Source of the DNA: Minisyncoccia bacterium
Lineage (GTDB): Bacteria > Patescibacteriota > Minisyncoccia > Phycocordibacterales > UBA918
Assembly: GCA_046598345.1 (NCBI GenBank)
Contig: JBKJIT010000003.1
Coordinates: 156,549 to 220,548, forward strand
Direction: 5' to 3'
Length of the DNA: 64,000 nucleotides
Position numbers and translations under genes: made by a program. Of this stretch, positions 42,471-53,214 are shown one piece after another. Each line of letters begins with the position of its first letter. Position 1 is the first letter of the stretch. Under the pieces are notes generated by a model. That model was not told the origin of the DNA and did not search any database. It was given only the letters and a program-made list of their open reading frames with translations.

Positions 42471-44372
42471 TTAGTTTGAGGTGCTTACCTTAAATCCACG
42501 AGGGAAGAGGACTTTTGTGCCGTTTGAAGTTGTTCCATCACCCGCAAGCGGTAACTGTTCTGAATGGTGCGGCCAAGGAAGGGGAAGTGTGCCAGTAAAT
42601 GGTTTTTTCCCAAAAAGCACATCGGCAACGCCACCGCCTTCGCTTCCGGGTAGCCACGCTGCGACGAGTGCGTCCCACGATCCTACTTCTTCAGCGATAA
42701 AGAGTGGTCTTCCCGACACAATGACGACGATTACTTTGTCGGATGTCTCCTGTAATTTTTTGATTGCTTCTCTGTCTTCGCTATCAAGGATAGGGAATTC
42801 AAGGTCACCCCAGCCTTCCGCATACGGTTTTTCACCTACAACTGCGATACCGATCTCCGCTACTCCTTCCTTAAAATTTCCTAATGCATCGTACTCAATC
42901 ACAACATCTTTTCCGGCAACCTGCTTGATCCCATCGAGTATTGAGGTCGCCCCCGGAAGCCAATTCCCATCGATGCCTTGCCATTCGACTGTCCATGCGC
43001 CGGATTGCCTTCCGATGTTATGTGCGGCGCTCCCGGCTACACGAATCGTGCGCACAGTGCTCTTGAGAGGAAGCGTCGCGCTTTTGTTTTGAAGGAGTAC
43101 CATGGATTTTGATACTGCCTCCCGCGCGAGCTCGTGATGCCTAGGAGATCCAACCACTTCGTGCGTAACGCGCTCACTCTCTGGGTCGAAAAGTCCAAGT
43201 GCAAATTTTGCGCCTAGGATTCTCCTTGTCGCATCATCAATGCGTGCTTCTGTAATGTCACCCCGCCGCACTGCACGGGAAACATTTCGAACAAATTCCT
43301 TGTAGTCAAAGGGAAGCATCACCATATCTACTCCTGCGTTAATGGCGGTCACTGCCGCAGCGTAATTACTCTCTGGAATCTCATACACCCCATACCAGTC
43401 GGACACCACAAATCCAGTAAAACCAAGATCACCCTTTAACACATCTGTAATGAGATACTTTTCTGCCGCAAGTTTTGTGTTCCCCCAACTATTTAATCCA
43501 ACCATGACACTTTTGACACCTGCAACCACAGCACTCTTAAATGGAGGGAGGTAGATATTTCGAAGCGCCTCTTCGTTCGGCAAGGTTAGCCCTTGATCAA
43601 TTTTAAAATTTTCATTACTCGCAGTCCCCCAAAGCATACTCCCCGCTCCAATAAAGTGTTTTGGTGTACTGAGTACTTTGATTCGCCCGTTATCGTTTCC
43701 TTCTGTTCCACGTACGAATGCACTACCGAGCAAACTCACGAGTGCGGGGTCGTCTGAAAAAGTCTCATACGTTCTACCCCACCGTATATCACGAGGGAGG
43801 TCGAGTGTGGGGGAGTACGTCCAGTTAATGTGTGTTGCCAACAGCTCATCTCGAGTAGCCTCCGCAATCTTTTCTACAAGTACCGCGTCTCTCGTCGCTC
43901 CGAGACCAATGAAGTGAGGGAAAATCGTAGCGCCAGGAACATTTGAATGTCCGTGGATTGCATCTACACCATAGAGAATTGGAATGCCGAGCCGACTCTG
44001 CTTTGAGGCTTCAGTAAAACTCAACACCATGTCACTCCATCCCTGCACTGTGTTATCCATTGGCTTTGCACCAAAGCCACTTAAAAGAGCTCCAAGACCG
44101 TAGCGTGGCACGTCCTCGAGTTTCTCGATGCTATTCTTGTCGATGAGTGCCATTTGCCCGATTTTCTCTTCGAGCGTCATGTACGAAAGAAGATTGGTGA
44201 TTCGATCCTGAATAGGCAGGGTGATATCCAAATATCGAGGATCAGGAGGTAGAGCGGGGGTAGTGTCTGTTTTGAAAAAGTGGAGACTCATAACAACAAT
44301 TACGATACCAAACAGGGTAAGTGCTACTTGCGAAAAAGGTATTTTTCTAAGTCTTGAGAAAGCCATCTGCAT
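42471..44372 (-). CDS. Glycoside hydrolase family 3 (beta-glucosidase-like)
   Basis: MTLEEKIGQM, DAIHG, RWGR.YE, KHF, VVSDW, AWLPG.EG. Confidence 0.95.
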   Translation of the reverse strand: MQMAFSRLRKIPFSQVALTLFGIVIVVMSLHFFKTDTTPALPPDPRYLDITLPIQDRITNLLSYMTLEEKIGQMALIDKNSIEKLEDVPRYGLGALLSGFGAKPMDNTVQGWSDMVLSFTEASKQSRLGIPILYGVDAIHGHSNVPGATIFPHFIGLGATRDAVLVEKIAEATRDELLATHINWTYSPTLDLPRDIRWGRTYETFSDDPALVSLLGSAFVRGTEGNDNGRIKVLSTPKHFIGAGSMLWGTASNENFKIDQGLTLPNEEALRNIYLPPFKSAVVAGVKSVMVGLNSWGNTKLAAEKYLITDVLKGDLGFTGFVVSDWYGVYEIPESNYAAAVTAINAGVDMVMLPFDYKEFVRNVSRAVRRGDITEARIDDATRRILGAKFALGLFDPESERVTHEVVGSPRHHELAREAVSKSMVLLQNKSATLPLKSTVRTIRVAGSAAHNIGRQSGAWTVEWQGIDGNWLPGATSILDGIKQVAGKDVVIEYDALGNFKEGVAEIGIAVVGEKPYAEGWGDLEFPILDSEDREAIKKLQETSDKVIVVIVSGRPLFIAEEVGSWDALVAAWLPGSEGGGVADVLFGKKPFTGTLPLPWPHHSEQLPLAGDGTTSNGTKVLFPRGFKVSTSN

Positions 44373-44525
44373 AGTATAGCAGTGTCGGTGAACGATATTT
44401 TTTCTAAAAATCTCTCCGTCAACCAGATTTCATCATAATCTTCGTACCGAAGCTATCTGGGACTGTGTTGGACTTTTGTGTTTAAAAACGCCCCAACTTT
44501 CTAATGGTTGGGGTCGTCCTTTATG

Positions 44526-45065
44526 TTACGGCCGACTGAGGTACAGAAAACTTCCACCCCAATATTGATGTGACCCGGCATAATCCCTTTTTCCGTTGTC
44601 GAGTACGCGATCAATTTGTTCGCTTCCGCTGAATCGTTCGAAGGTACCCTCAAACTCATTGGTGTACAAGAGAGAATCTGCTTGGAATGTTTGTGGACCT
44701 CTTCCCCCGCAAAATTCTCGCTTCCGATAACTTTCCATGAGTGCCGTGCGGAGAAAGGGGAATACGTCCTTGCTGTATGGCTCGCCACCAACCCACATGC
44801 CCCAAACGGGAATTCCCCAATGGGTGATGAACAGGGATCCTGAAGGTCTGCCGCTATGGGGGTCGGTACCCCATCGGTCTGCGAAGTGATATCCACCAAA
44901 ACCGAGGTGGTCCCCGTAGCCTGCTTCTCTCCAATCATCCAGACCAGGAACTGCTTTTCCCGCAGGGAAGAGCAGAGACCCGTTATTTCCGCCTGCCCTA
45001 CCGAAGCCAACGCTATTGAAGAAAAACGTTTCCGTCTCTTTTAGCCAATGGGAGTCCATGACCAT
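44526..45065 (-). CDS. DUF5680-like protein
   Basis: PVWGM, FL..AL, RGP..F, Y.N..EG..ERF.G.E.I, Y.GG. Confidence 0.65.
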   Translation of the reverse strand: MVMDSHWLKETETFFFNSVGFGRAGGNNGSLLFPAGKAVPGLDDWREAGYGDHLGFGGYHFADRWGTDPHSGRPSGSLFITHWGIPVWGMWVGGEPYSKDVFPFLRTALMESYRKREFCGGRGPQTFQADSLLYTNEFEGTFERFSGSEQIDRVLDNGKRDYAGSHQYWGGSFLYLSRP

Positions 45066-45218
45066 CCTTTCAAAGTGGTTTAACTTCTAAGAACAGACTA
45101 TCCCATAAGAAGGAAATGTAAAGTATATGTTGGCTGTTTGGGAAGAAGTTGGAACTGATCTTGCTGTTCCCTAAGACTGTCTTACGCCGATCAGTTAATC
45201 TGTTTGCTTTTTACAAAC

Positions 45219-45527
45219 CTATTTTTTCTCTACAACTTCCTTGAGCTTACGTAGTCGCTTGTCCCACTGGTTTTCTATATGAGTGATGAACTCACTGCAT
45301 CGCTTCAAGGACTTCATATCAAGGGACACTCGCACTTCTCGCCCCTCTGGCTTTAGGTGTAAAACACTCGCAGACACCAATACCTGAACCTGCTTCCTTG
45401 CACCTTGTCTTGAGATAGCAAGATTGTTGGTCAAGTCTCCCATCGTGTAGGTAGCTCCAAGAGAAAGTCGTCGCACTATCTCGAGACGTATTGGATCTCC
45501 CAGTGCTTTAAATATTTGCGCCTCCAT
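45219..45527 (-). CDS. ArsR/SmtB family transcriptional regulator
   Basis: FKALGDPIRLEI, ISRQG, EGRE, WDKRL. Confidence 0.9.
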   Translation of the reverse strand: MEAQIFKALGDPIRLEIVRRLSLGATYTMGDLTNNLAISRQGARKQVQVLVSASVLHLKPEGREVRVSLDMKSLKRCSEFITHIENQWDKRLRKLKEVVEKK

Positions 45528-45529
45528 AA

Positions 45530-45970
45530 CTAGTTCTCTGTACAGAATTTTACAAGTCGTCCCAGCATATAATCCCACCCTCCTGAATTCTGCTTGAATG
45601 ATTTTTCTGCAATGTCTTCAGGTAATGATGCGAAACCGGATTCCGTCACTATGACTGTACACGCACCATTCTTTTCCTCAATACGAAACTCCACCAGGGT
45701 GTTCGGCACTTTGGACACATCTCCAAGAAAAGTACTTCCTCCAGGAATCCAACGGTATGAGAAATACTCGTAGGGCCGTGCGTCAACAATTAATACCTTG
45801 GTTTTACTATCGTGCTCACTGAAGACAAAGACAGGTTGTTCACCAGCTGCGTAGGTTCCTTCTATGGCATTCGGGAACCACAATACCACTTGCTCGGGAT
45901 TTGCGATGGCCTCGTACACTGCCTCTTTAGAGGCCTCAATAACTATTTCACGCTGTATCGTGTCTTGCAT
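45530..45970 (-). CDS. SRPBCC (AHSA1-like) domain protein
   Basis: IQREIVIEA..EAVYEAI..P, TLVEF, ESGF, GGW. Confidence 0.9.
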   Translation of the reverse strand: MQDTIQREIVIEASKEAVYEAIANPEQVVLWFPNAIEGTYAAGEQPVFVFSEHDSKTKVLIVDARPYEYFSYRWIPGGSTFLGDVSKVPNTLVEFRIEEKNGACTVIVTESGFASLPEDIAEKSFKQNSGGWDYMLGRLVKFCTEN

Positions 45971-46028
45971 ACTTTCACTAATTAATTCGTAACATTTATA
46001 TGCAAGGAGTGTAGCAAAGTACATACAA

Positions 46029-46052
46029 ATATGCAACCTATAGGTTGCATAT
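46029..46052. promoter_or_regulatory. Putative ArsR operator
   Basis: Perfect 24-bp palindrome atatgcaacctataggttgcatat upstream of SRPBCC-ArsR. Confidence 0.7.
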
Positions 46053-46479
46053 GATCCTTCCTCTAGGAGATCGTACGCTTTACAAGTCCGTTTTTCCTTT
46101 CAGAGACTCGATTTCTTTTTTTAAGCTCTACCATCCTTAGTTCTTGGTCAATCACAAATGTATTCAGACGCTCCAATTGGCTCGTTGTTTGGGAAGCAGT
46201 TGGAACTTTTGAGTAACTAATTCTCCAAATGTACTGGATCATCCTTTTGACATGAGGAGATAGAATCATAAAAATGTCGTGGATGGGAAGATCGAAATAT
46301 GGTAAGGTAACATCGCTTTTCAAAAGCACCATTGCCAGTTCGTCTAATGGTGGCCAGAAATTAATGAGCGCTGCGATTATAATTTCTGAGTCCGTCTGAT
46401 TTTCTTCCTCACAGAAGAAAATCAGACGTTTGGGAGGTCCTGAGTATTGGGGCTGAAATGATATGGGGTATTATTTCAG

Positions 46480-46543
46480 GACGTTGCCAGATATTTATAA
46501 AAAATATCGACAACGTGTACTGATCATGTAATGATCGAGTCCC
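46480..46543 (+). repeat. Family C element, copy 2
   Basis: gacgttgccag-hairpin-cgacaacgtgtactgatcatgtaatgatcgagtccc. Confidence 0.8.
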
Positions 46544-46562
46544 TTACCAGAACAAAAAATAT

Positions 46563-46633
46563 TGCCAGTTCGTCTAATGGTAGGACACATGCCTCTGGAG
46601 CATGTTATTGGGGTTCGAGTCCCTGACTGGCAG
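46563..46633 (+). tRNA. tRNA-Gln(CUG)
   Basis: TGCCAGT/ACTGGCA acceptor, catgc-CT CTG GA-gcatg; 5' end duplicated at 46331-46351. Confidence 0.93.
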
Positions 46634-46647
46634 CTAATAGAAAATCG

Positions 46648-47329
46648 TCATCTTTGGGTAAATGTAAGAGTTTTAGAAATGGCATCGAATAGTTGAAGTG
46701 TTTCATTGGTCATACTTTCGTCCTTTGCCAATGCTACATAGGTTAATACAAAACCACTTTTTCCAATTACATGCACCTTGTCACAGGTGGAATTGAAGGG
46801 GTATGCTGATAGTAAGTTTTCCTTTTCTTCTGCTGTGAACCCTTTGAGTGCACAAAATTCAATAATTGGTGCTGAAATGCCCTCGACATGAGGTATCTGG
46901 TCTCTATATAAATCTTTGCCAGCAACAGTTATAGGCGTCATTGTATTTATATTTACCGCTGCATTACCTCCAACGACATTATGGTCGCTAAAGTATTTGT
47001 AATACCCACTCTTCAGAATCCCTTGTTAATTCAATTCTAGTCTCAACAGAATTTGATTCACCGTACATGTTTTTTGTGTGGTTAATTTTATTTTGCTTGA
47101 ACTGTAGTTCCGGGGGGTATTTAAATTCAAAACCATACTCCTCGTTCGAATAAGTCTTCCAGTTTGATGTAGCGGTAGTATGAGTGAGATCACTTTCAAT
47201 AAGTTTCTCGTCGCTGTTATTCGTATTTGTGTTTGCGCGGAAATACAAATAACTGCCACCTAACAATAGGACTGTCAAAACTATTAAAAACAATTTTTTA
47301 TTATTCATCTTATTGAAACAATGCATCAT
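46648..47329 (-). pseudogene. Frameshifted membrane-anchored PsbP-like protein
   Basis: N part has TM and WKTYSNEEYGFEFKYP; C part ends FDAISKTLTF in another frame that is open back to about 47025. Confidence 0.65.
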
Positions 47330-47393
47330 GATTTTTCACCTGTCAATTAATGTAGCATTGCAGCCTTCAATAGACAGTATCCACCTCCCATGC

Positions 47394-47476
47394 AGCAATC
47401 TAGACATTTTAAAAAATGATGTTGCCACAGGGTAACCCTGTGGAGGACATGTTGTCACAAGGTAACCTTGTGGAGG
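47394..47476 (+). repeat. REP-like doublet, direct repeat of 56105-56190
   Basis: gcaatYtagacatttWaaaaaatgatgttgYcacagggtaaccYtgtggagg followed by a second palindrome. Confidence 0.85.
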
Positions 47477-47518
47477 ATATATATCAAATTCGAACCCAAG
47501 TTTTGGTAAACTTATATT

Positions 47519-48097
47519 ATGGAATCAATACCGTCTCATGAAGAAGTGAAGGTTGTAATTGAACGTGCACGTCCGGAGGATGCAGAAGAAATCCAAACTG
47601 TTTTCTATAAAACCTGGCTCGCAACATATCCTAATGAGGTGTCAGGTGTAACTGTGGATGACGTACATGAATATTACAGGGACAAATTAACTCCAGAAGG
47701 AATCAAAAAATCCCAAAGAAAGATTGAAGAGGATAGTCGAATGGAAAACCTAAGAGTTTTTGTTGCAAAAATCAATGAAAAAGTTGCAGGTGTCTGTATA
47801 GCAAGAATTCTTGAGGACAAGAATCAGTTGAAAGCAATATACGTCTTACCTGAATTTCAAGGAAAGGGAATTGGTTCCAAATTATGGAATCAGGTACTTA
47901 CGTTCATTGATCAGACAAAAGACACGACAGTTGAAGTTGTGACCTATAACAGTAATGCAATCGAGTTTTATAAACGACTAGGTTTTGAAGATACTGGTAG
48001 GAGGTGGACTGATGAAAAATTTCGAATGAAAAGTGGTGCAACGTTTCCAGAAATGGAGATGAAAATTAATGGTTTAGGGTCACTAGAAAAGTTCTAA
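47519..48097 (+). CDS. GNAT N-acetyltransferase
   Basis: IYVLPEFQGKGIGSKL, N.NAIEFYKRLGF. Confidence 0.92.
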   Translation: MESIPSHEEVKVVIERARPEDAEEIQTVFYKTWLATYPNEVSGVTVDDVHEYYRDKLTPEGIKKSQRKIEEDSRMENLRVFVAKINEKVAGVCIARILEDKNQLKAIYVLPEFQGKGIGSKLWNQVLTFIDQTKDTTVEVVTYNSNAIEFYKRLGFEDTGRRWTDEKFRMKSGATFPEMEMKINGLGSLEKF

Positions 48098-48128
48098 CAT
48101 TACACCCCAGGGTGCCTTCTTTACCTCG

Positions 48129-48176
48129 CATGTTCAGTTCAGGTTGTCGCTTTTTCATAAAAACGCTGGCAACCTC
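48129..48176 (-). repeat. Family C element, copy 3
   Basis: Reverse complement reads gaggttgccag-hairpin-cgacaacctgaactgaacatg. Confidence 0.75.
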
Positions 48177-48284
48177 CTGAATACATATCCCATATGCATT
48201 CAGCTTCGTCCCATACAGCCAGCTCACTAAGTTGTGGTCGCGGGACACTTGCATAATTGTTATGGTAAAATTTAAATATTCAAA

Positions 48285-48860
48285 ATGAATAAAAAATTCT
48301 TATACGCTATTTTTGTTGTTCTACTCCTCGCAGGTGCACTTCTCTTCCGTGAATATGGTACTGGTGACAAAGCAGTAGTAATTCAGAATGATTATAAAAA
48401 TACTGATTACGTTATTGAAGGGAGGCACATCAAACTTCTTAACGGTGTGTCAGAAGTAGAATCTGCACCTGGTTCTGCATCCAAAACCATAACTCGATAT
48501 TTTGGTAATGAACTAAAAACTGACCTTAACAATGATGGTCGCGACGACGTGGTGTTCCTACTCACACAGGAAACAGGGGGAACCGGCACATTTTTCTATG
48601 CTGTCGCTGCTCTTAATACTGAAGATGGATATCTTGGTTCCGATGGTTTTTTGCTTGGAGATAGGGTTGCTCCGCAATCGACTGAATTGAGTAGAAACGG
48701 AAGACATAAAAATGTTGTCGTCATAAACTATGCAGACCGCGCACAAAACGATTCTATGGATGTTACGCCGTCACTCAACAAGAGTGTTTATTTGAAACTT
48801 GATCCAGTAAGCAAACAGTGGGGTGTTGTAGAAGCAAATTTTGAAGGTGAATCGAGATAG
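48285..48860 (+). CDS. Secreted/membrane-anchored hypothetical protein
   Basis: N-terminal TM, DLNNDGRDD, GGTGTFFY, LGDRVAPQ. Confidence 0.8.
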   Translation: MNKKFLYAIFVVLLLAGALLFREYGTGDKAVVIQNDYKNTDYVIEGRHIKLLNGVSEVESAPGSASKTITRYFGNELKTDLNNDGRDDVVFLLTQETGGTGTFFYAVAALNTEDGYLGSDGFLLGDRVAPQSTELSRNGRHKNVVVINYADRAQNDSMDVTPSLNKSVYLKLDPVSKQWGVVEANFEGESR

Positions 48861-49095
48861 TGAGGCATCAACGCACTCTCAACTTGGTGCTTGAGTATCT
48901 TGCTGTGATAAAAAAGTTCGAACATGTCCTAAACAGCGTTGCCACAGGGTAACCTAGTGGAGGAACTGCACTAACAAATCTTAGATAAAGCAAAAAATAT
49001 TAAATCCGACGACAGAAATTGTCTAGGAAGCCCTATAGCAATGCTATAATTGCATCAGTGCAGTTTCCAGAATAAAATCTGAACTATTACCTAGT

Positions 49096-49115
49096 ATGTA
49101 AAGTCGACTTGACAT
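49096..49115. promoter_or_regulatory. Palindromic operator copy 1 overlapping -35 (TTGACA)
   Basis: atgtaaagtcgacttgacat. Confidence 0.7.
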
Positions 49116-49158
49116 GTGTGTAGCTCGTGCATTATAGTGTATATAAATCAGAAATGAT

Positions 49159-49371
49159 ATGGGAGAATATATTTCAAACACTGTGTATACCTTACGTACC
49201 AAAAAAAATCTCACTCAAGAAGAGTTTGCTCAAAAACTTGGTATTACAAGACAAACCGTTATTTCAATCGAAAAGGGAAATTACACCCCTTCAGTATTAT
49301 TGGCCCTTAAAATCGCGTCTGTTTTTAAAGTACGAGTCGAAGATATTTTTACTATTACCTATGACAAATAA
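49159..49371 (+). CDS. XRE/Cro-C1 HTH transcriptional regulator
   Basis: LTQEEFA..LGITRQTVISIEKGNYTPSV.LALKIA. Confidence 0.92.
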   Translation: MGEYISNTVYTLRTKKNLTQEEFAQKLGITRQTVISIEKGNYTPSVLLALKIASVFKVRVEDIFTITYDK

Positions 49372-49726
49372 TAAAATTATTCACATTAGTATTGCAGTAC
49401 TTCTTGTCGTGTTCCTCACACTATTATCTGATCCGTTTATGTACTGGATGCCAATGGGTTTACAAATGGTGGCACTGCTTGGAGCGGCCGTACTTGGAGC
49501 GGTTTGGTCTGGATTTGTGATGTATGAACGTGCACCTGATGAACGTGAAGCGATTCATCGAATGCATGCAGGGCGTATGGCCTACCTTTCAGGAATTATG
49601 ATACTTACTATTGCGTTGGTGACACAAGGACTAGCTCATGATATCGACCCGTGGATTTCTGTTGCATTGGGTACTATGGTACTCGTGAAGCTTTTTTCTC
49701 GGTTCTATTCCGAGCGATATAAGTGA
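49361..49726 (+). CDS. Four-TM membrane protein coupled to the XRE regulator
   Basis: DERE motif between helices, overlaps regulator stop. Confidence 0.75.
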   Translation: MTNNKIIHISIAVLLVVFLTLLSDPFMYWMPMGLQMVALLGAAVLGAVWSGFVMYERAPDEREAIHRMHAGRMAYLSGIMILTIALVTQGLAHDIDPWISVALGTMVLVKLFSRFYSERYK

Positions 49727-49742
49727 GGTATCAACAGTGCAT

Positions 49743-49762
49743 ATGTAAAGTATGCTTTACAC
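49743..49762. promoter_or_regulatory. Palindromic operator copy 2
   Basis: atgtaaagtatgctttacac upstream of msrAB. Confidence 0.7.
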
Positions 49763-49784
49763 ATGATGTATACTGTCAGGACAC

Positions 49785-51092
49785 ATGAATACAAAAATAA
49801 TACTAGCTTTTTTAGGTACTGTAGCTCTCGTCGTGGGAGTGTTATTTTTTATTAACGCACAAAATCCAAGCGAAGAAGCTTTGTCTCTATCTAATCTTCA
49901 AAATCAAGGCGAGGTTACCGAGCCGGTTACACTTTCAGATGATAATCCTACTCCGGGGGAGTCTGCATCTGAAATTCAAGTGACAGATGAACAGACACAC
50001 AGAGAAGAAAATGCTGTGCCAGTAGCCTCAAAACAAATGGTACAGTCTTCAACGAAACTCGCACTTTTTGCCAATGGTTGTTTCTGGTGTGTGGAAGCTG
50101 ACTTAGAAAAAGTAGCTGGAGTGAAAAGCGTCATCTCGGGATATGCTGGTGGGACCACAATAAGTCCAACGTATGAGAACGCTACTGTCGGAGGGCACAG
50201 AGAGGTTGTGTTAGTAACATATGATCCCACTATCGTTAGTTACGCTAACCTTGTTGAACACATCATTAAACACGGTGATCCGACTGATGCCTCTGGATCA
50301 TTTAATGACAGAGGTCCGCAATATGCGCCGGCGATCTACTATGAGAATGACGGAGAGAAAGATGAAGCGCTTCGAGTAATTGCAGCAATCGATGCAATGA
50401 AGGTATTTTCAAATCCCTTGCCACTTCTTGTTACACCAACAGTAAAATTCTGGCCCGCAGAAGAGTATCATCAAGATTTTGCAAAGAAAAACTCACTAAA
50501 ATATGGTTATTACCGAACGGGGTCAGGAAGGAGTGCGTTTATCGAAAAAACGTGGGGCGATAGAGCGTCACGATTTGAAGTTCCTGCGCAATCACTAAAT
50601 ACAGCGCAGGAGATGAATAAAGAGATAGCATCATTCAACACTATGTCATGGAAATCATTTATAAAACCATCAGAAGACACGTTAAGGGATGTACTCACTC
50701 CTTTGCAGTATGAGGTAACACAGGAAGAAGGAACAGAATCGCCCTTCAAAAATGAATACGACAAAAACTGGAAGGAGGGTATATACGTTGATATTGTTTC
50801 CGGAGAGCCTTTGTACCTTTCAAAGGATAAGTATGATTCTGGAACTGGCTGGCCGTCATTTGTGAAGCCAATTTCAATTGATGTCGTCACATTAAAAGTG
50901 GACAAGGGATTATTCAGTACACGTACAGAAGTACGTTCGCGCTATGCCGACTCGCACATTGGTCATGTTTTTGACGACGGACCTACCGATCGTGGCGGTA
51001 AACGGTACTGTATGAATTCTGCGGCGTTGCGTTTCGTTGCTAAGGCAGAAATGGAAAAAGAGGGGTATGGGTACCTACTCACACAAATGTAA
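49785..51092 (+). CDS. msrAB: Membrane-anchored peptide methionine sulfoxide reductase MsrA-MsrB fusion
   Basis: [33 protein letters not shown]. Confidence 0.96.
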   Translation: MNTKIILAFLGTVALVVGVLFFINAQNPSEEALSLSNLQNQGEVTEPVTLSDDNPTPGESASEIQVTDEQTHREENAVPVASKQMVQSSTKLALFANGCFWCVEADLEKVAGVKSVISGYAGGTTISPTYENATVGGHREVVLVTYDPTIVSYANLVEHIIKHGDPTDASGSFNDRGPQYAPAIYYENDGEKDEALRVIAAIDAMKVFSNPLPLLVTPTVKFWPAEEYHQDFAKKNSLKYGYYRTGSGRSAFIEKTWGDRASRFEVPAQSLNTAQEMNKEIASFNTMSWKSFIKPSEDTLRDVLTPLQYEVTQEEGTESPFKNEYDKNWKEGIYVDIVSGEPLYLSKDKYDSGTGWPSFVKPISIDVVTLKVDKGLFSTRTEVRSRYADSHIGHVFDDGPTDRGGKRYCMNSAALRFVAKAEMEKEGYGYLLTQM

Positions 51093-51094
51093 CT

Positions 51095-51760
51095 ATGCAA
51101 AGGAAGTACATCGTTCTTGTTCTTGGTTGTATAGCATTTGCTGGAATGCTTTTTGTACTCCACCAGTCAGGTGTACTTTCTGAATTCCAAGGTGAGGAGC
51201 TTAAACGCACCATTCTTGGGTTCGGAGTATTGGCTCCGATCGTGTACATGTCGTTGTATGCTCTCGCGTCAGTATTGTTTATTCCTGGAAGTCCTCTAAC
51301 TCTTGCGGGAGGGGCACTTTTTGGTCCGTTATATGGAACAATATATACCATAGTGGGGGCAACCATTGGCGCACTTCTGGCGTTCACTTTATCGCGAACA
51401 CTTGGTCGAAAGTTTATCTCATTCGGAAATGGAAGTGTGTCACAAAAACTCCAGACATACGACGTAAAAATTGCTCAGCATGGATTTCTGATGGTATTGT
51501 TTCTACGATTTGTACCGCTATTTCCATTTAATGGACTCAACTTTGCACTTGGATTAACAAAAGTGTCATATAGGGATTACTTCCTCGGAACCTTTTTGGG
51601 CATTATTCCAGGTACATTTGCATACGTCTATTTTGGAGACTCACTCGCAACACTCAGTCCATTAAGAATTGTTAGCGCAGTGGCTCTTGTTGTTGCCCTG
51701 ACTCTCTTGGGAAGATATGTTCTGAAACGCTATCAGAGTAACAATGCACAGTTGCTATGA
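51095..51760 (+). CDS. TVP38/DedA (VTT) family membrane protein
   Basis: PGSPLTLAGGALFG, LRFVPLFPF, GIIPGT. Confidence 0.9.
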   Translation: MQRKYIVLVLGCIAFAGMLFVLHQSGVLSEFQGEELKRTILGFGVLAPIVYMSLYALASVLFIPGSPLTLAGGALFGPLYGTIYTIVGATIGALLAFTLSRTLGRKFISFGNGSVSQKLQTYDVKIAQHGFLMVLFLRFVPLFPFNGLNFALGLTKVSYRDYFLGTFLGIIPGTFAYVYFGDSLATLSPLRIVSAVALVVALTLLGRYVLKRYQSNNAQLL

Positions 51761-53184
51761 AAAAAGAAAATATATTCGACATCATTGTTATTGGGGCGGG
51801 ATCAGGTGGTTTGAACATCGCGTCATTTATTAATCGTGTTGGGCTCAAAGTGCTTTTGATAGACAAAAGTAATGCACATATCGGAGGCGATTGTCTTAAT
51901 TTTGGATGTGTTCCTTCTAAGGCCTTAATTCATGTTGCACGAACAGTGCGCGAGGCACAACGTGCCACTCGCTTCGGCCTCACTGTTAGTGGTGAGGTAG
52001 ATTGGCAAAAAGTTCGTTCCTATATACAACAAAAACAAGACATCATTCGTACACATGAAAACGCTGACTGGTTTCGGTCAAAAGGAATGTCAGTTGTACT
52101 AGGGAAGGCTTCTTTTGTCTCAAAAAATACAGTCGCAGTTAATGAGGTTGCCTATCAAGGGAAAAAGATTGTGCTTGCGACAGGTTCACGTCCGAGAGTG
52201 TTGGAAGGAAAAGGTATAGAGCAAGTAACAAGAGTTCTGAACAATGAAAATGTATTTACTATGGAGACATTGCCACAGAGCCTGTTAGTGCTTGGTGGGG
52301 GTCCAATCGGTATTGAAATTGCACAGGCACTCTCCTATCTAGGCTCAAAAGTGACTGTTGTTGATCCTGGCACTCAGATTCTTAGTAAGGAAGATAGAGA
52401 CATTGCTGATGTACTCCAAGGACAGATGAAGAACGAGGGAGTACAATTTCTTTTAGAACACACATTAAAAGAATTTACCTCTCCTACAGAAGCGGTTTTC
52501 ATGACGAACGATGGTATTGAAGTCAGGGTTACGTTTGACGCAGTCTTCATTGGGATTGGTCGCGTTTTAAATATTGAGGGGTTGGAATTAGAGAAAGCTG
52601 GCATCGAAATAGATGAAAAAGGGAAACTTGTTGTTGATGCATATTTGAGTACCACTAATAAAAACGTCTTCGCATGTGGTGATGTTGCTGGAAACTATCA
52701 GTTTACGCATGCTGCAGAAATGCACGCAAGCGTTATTTTAAAAAACTTCTTTTCACCGTTTAAGAAAAAATTTAATGGGGACTCAATTTCCTGGACTACG
52801 TACACGACTCCTGAAATAGCGACATTTGGTGTGCAAGAAACAGAACTCAAAAAAAGAAATATTGCCTATATTGTACTTGTATCAGATTTTAACGAAGATG
52901 ATAGGGCTATTACGGATGAATACCAGTATGGAAAAGCAAAACTTTTTATTACCGAGAAAGGAAAAGTTTTGGGTGGAACCTTGGTTGCACCACATGCCGG
53001 TGAACTCATCCAAGAACTTGTACTTGCACAAACAAACGGGCTTTCAGTTCGCTCTTTGTTCAATAAAACATATGCGTATCCAACTGCTTCTCGTATTAAT
53101 AAACGTCTCGTCTCGAGCTATTTTGCGTCTAAACTTACTGCAACGACGAACACCCTACTGCGTTTTTTGTACAGACTATTTTAA
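51757..53184 (+). CDS. Class I pyridine nucleotide-disulfide oxidoreductase (mercuric reductase/LpdA-like)
   Basis: GAGSGG, GGDCLNFGCVPSK, GGGPIG.E, YPT; no C-terminal CC pair. Confidence 0.9.
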   Translation: MKKENIFDIIVIGAGSGGLNIASFINRVGLKVLLIDKSNAHIGGDCLNFGCVPSKALIHVARTVREAQRATRFGLTVSGEVDWQKVRSYIQQKQDIIRTHENADWFRSKGMSVVLGKASFVSKNTVAVNEVAYQGKKIVLATGSRPRVLEGKGIEQVTRVLNNENVFTMETLPQSLLVLGGGPIGIEIAQALSYLGSKVTVVDPGTQILSKEDRDIADVLQGQMKNEGVQFLLEHTLKEFTSPTEAVFMTNDGIEVRVTFDAVFIGIGRVLNIEGLELEKAGIEIDEKGKLVVDAYLSTTNKNVFACGDVAGNYQFTHAAEMHASVILKNFFSPFKKKFNGDSISWTTYTTPEIATFGVQETELKKRNIAYIVLVSDFNEDDRAITDEYQYGKAKLFITEKGKVLGGTLVAPHAGELIQELVLAQTNGLSVRSLFNKTYAYPTASRINKRLVSSYFASKLTATTNTLLRFLYRLF

Positions 53185-53214
53185 GGTGAGTACGGCTGGC
53201 TATCCACATAGATA

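Noticed and set aside
44501-45010. 169-aa ORF overlapping the DUF5680-like gene on the same strand
   Set aside because: The alternative frame 44526-45065 has the family-like motifs and an SD-like AAAGGA.
51757-53184. merA call, with the MerT-like gene at 60341 as a mer operon
   Set aside because: Lacks the C-terminal Cys-Cys pair and NmerA domain; no merR/merP; the genes are not adjacent.
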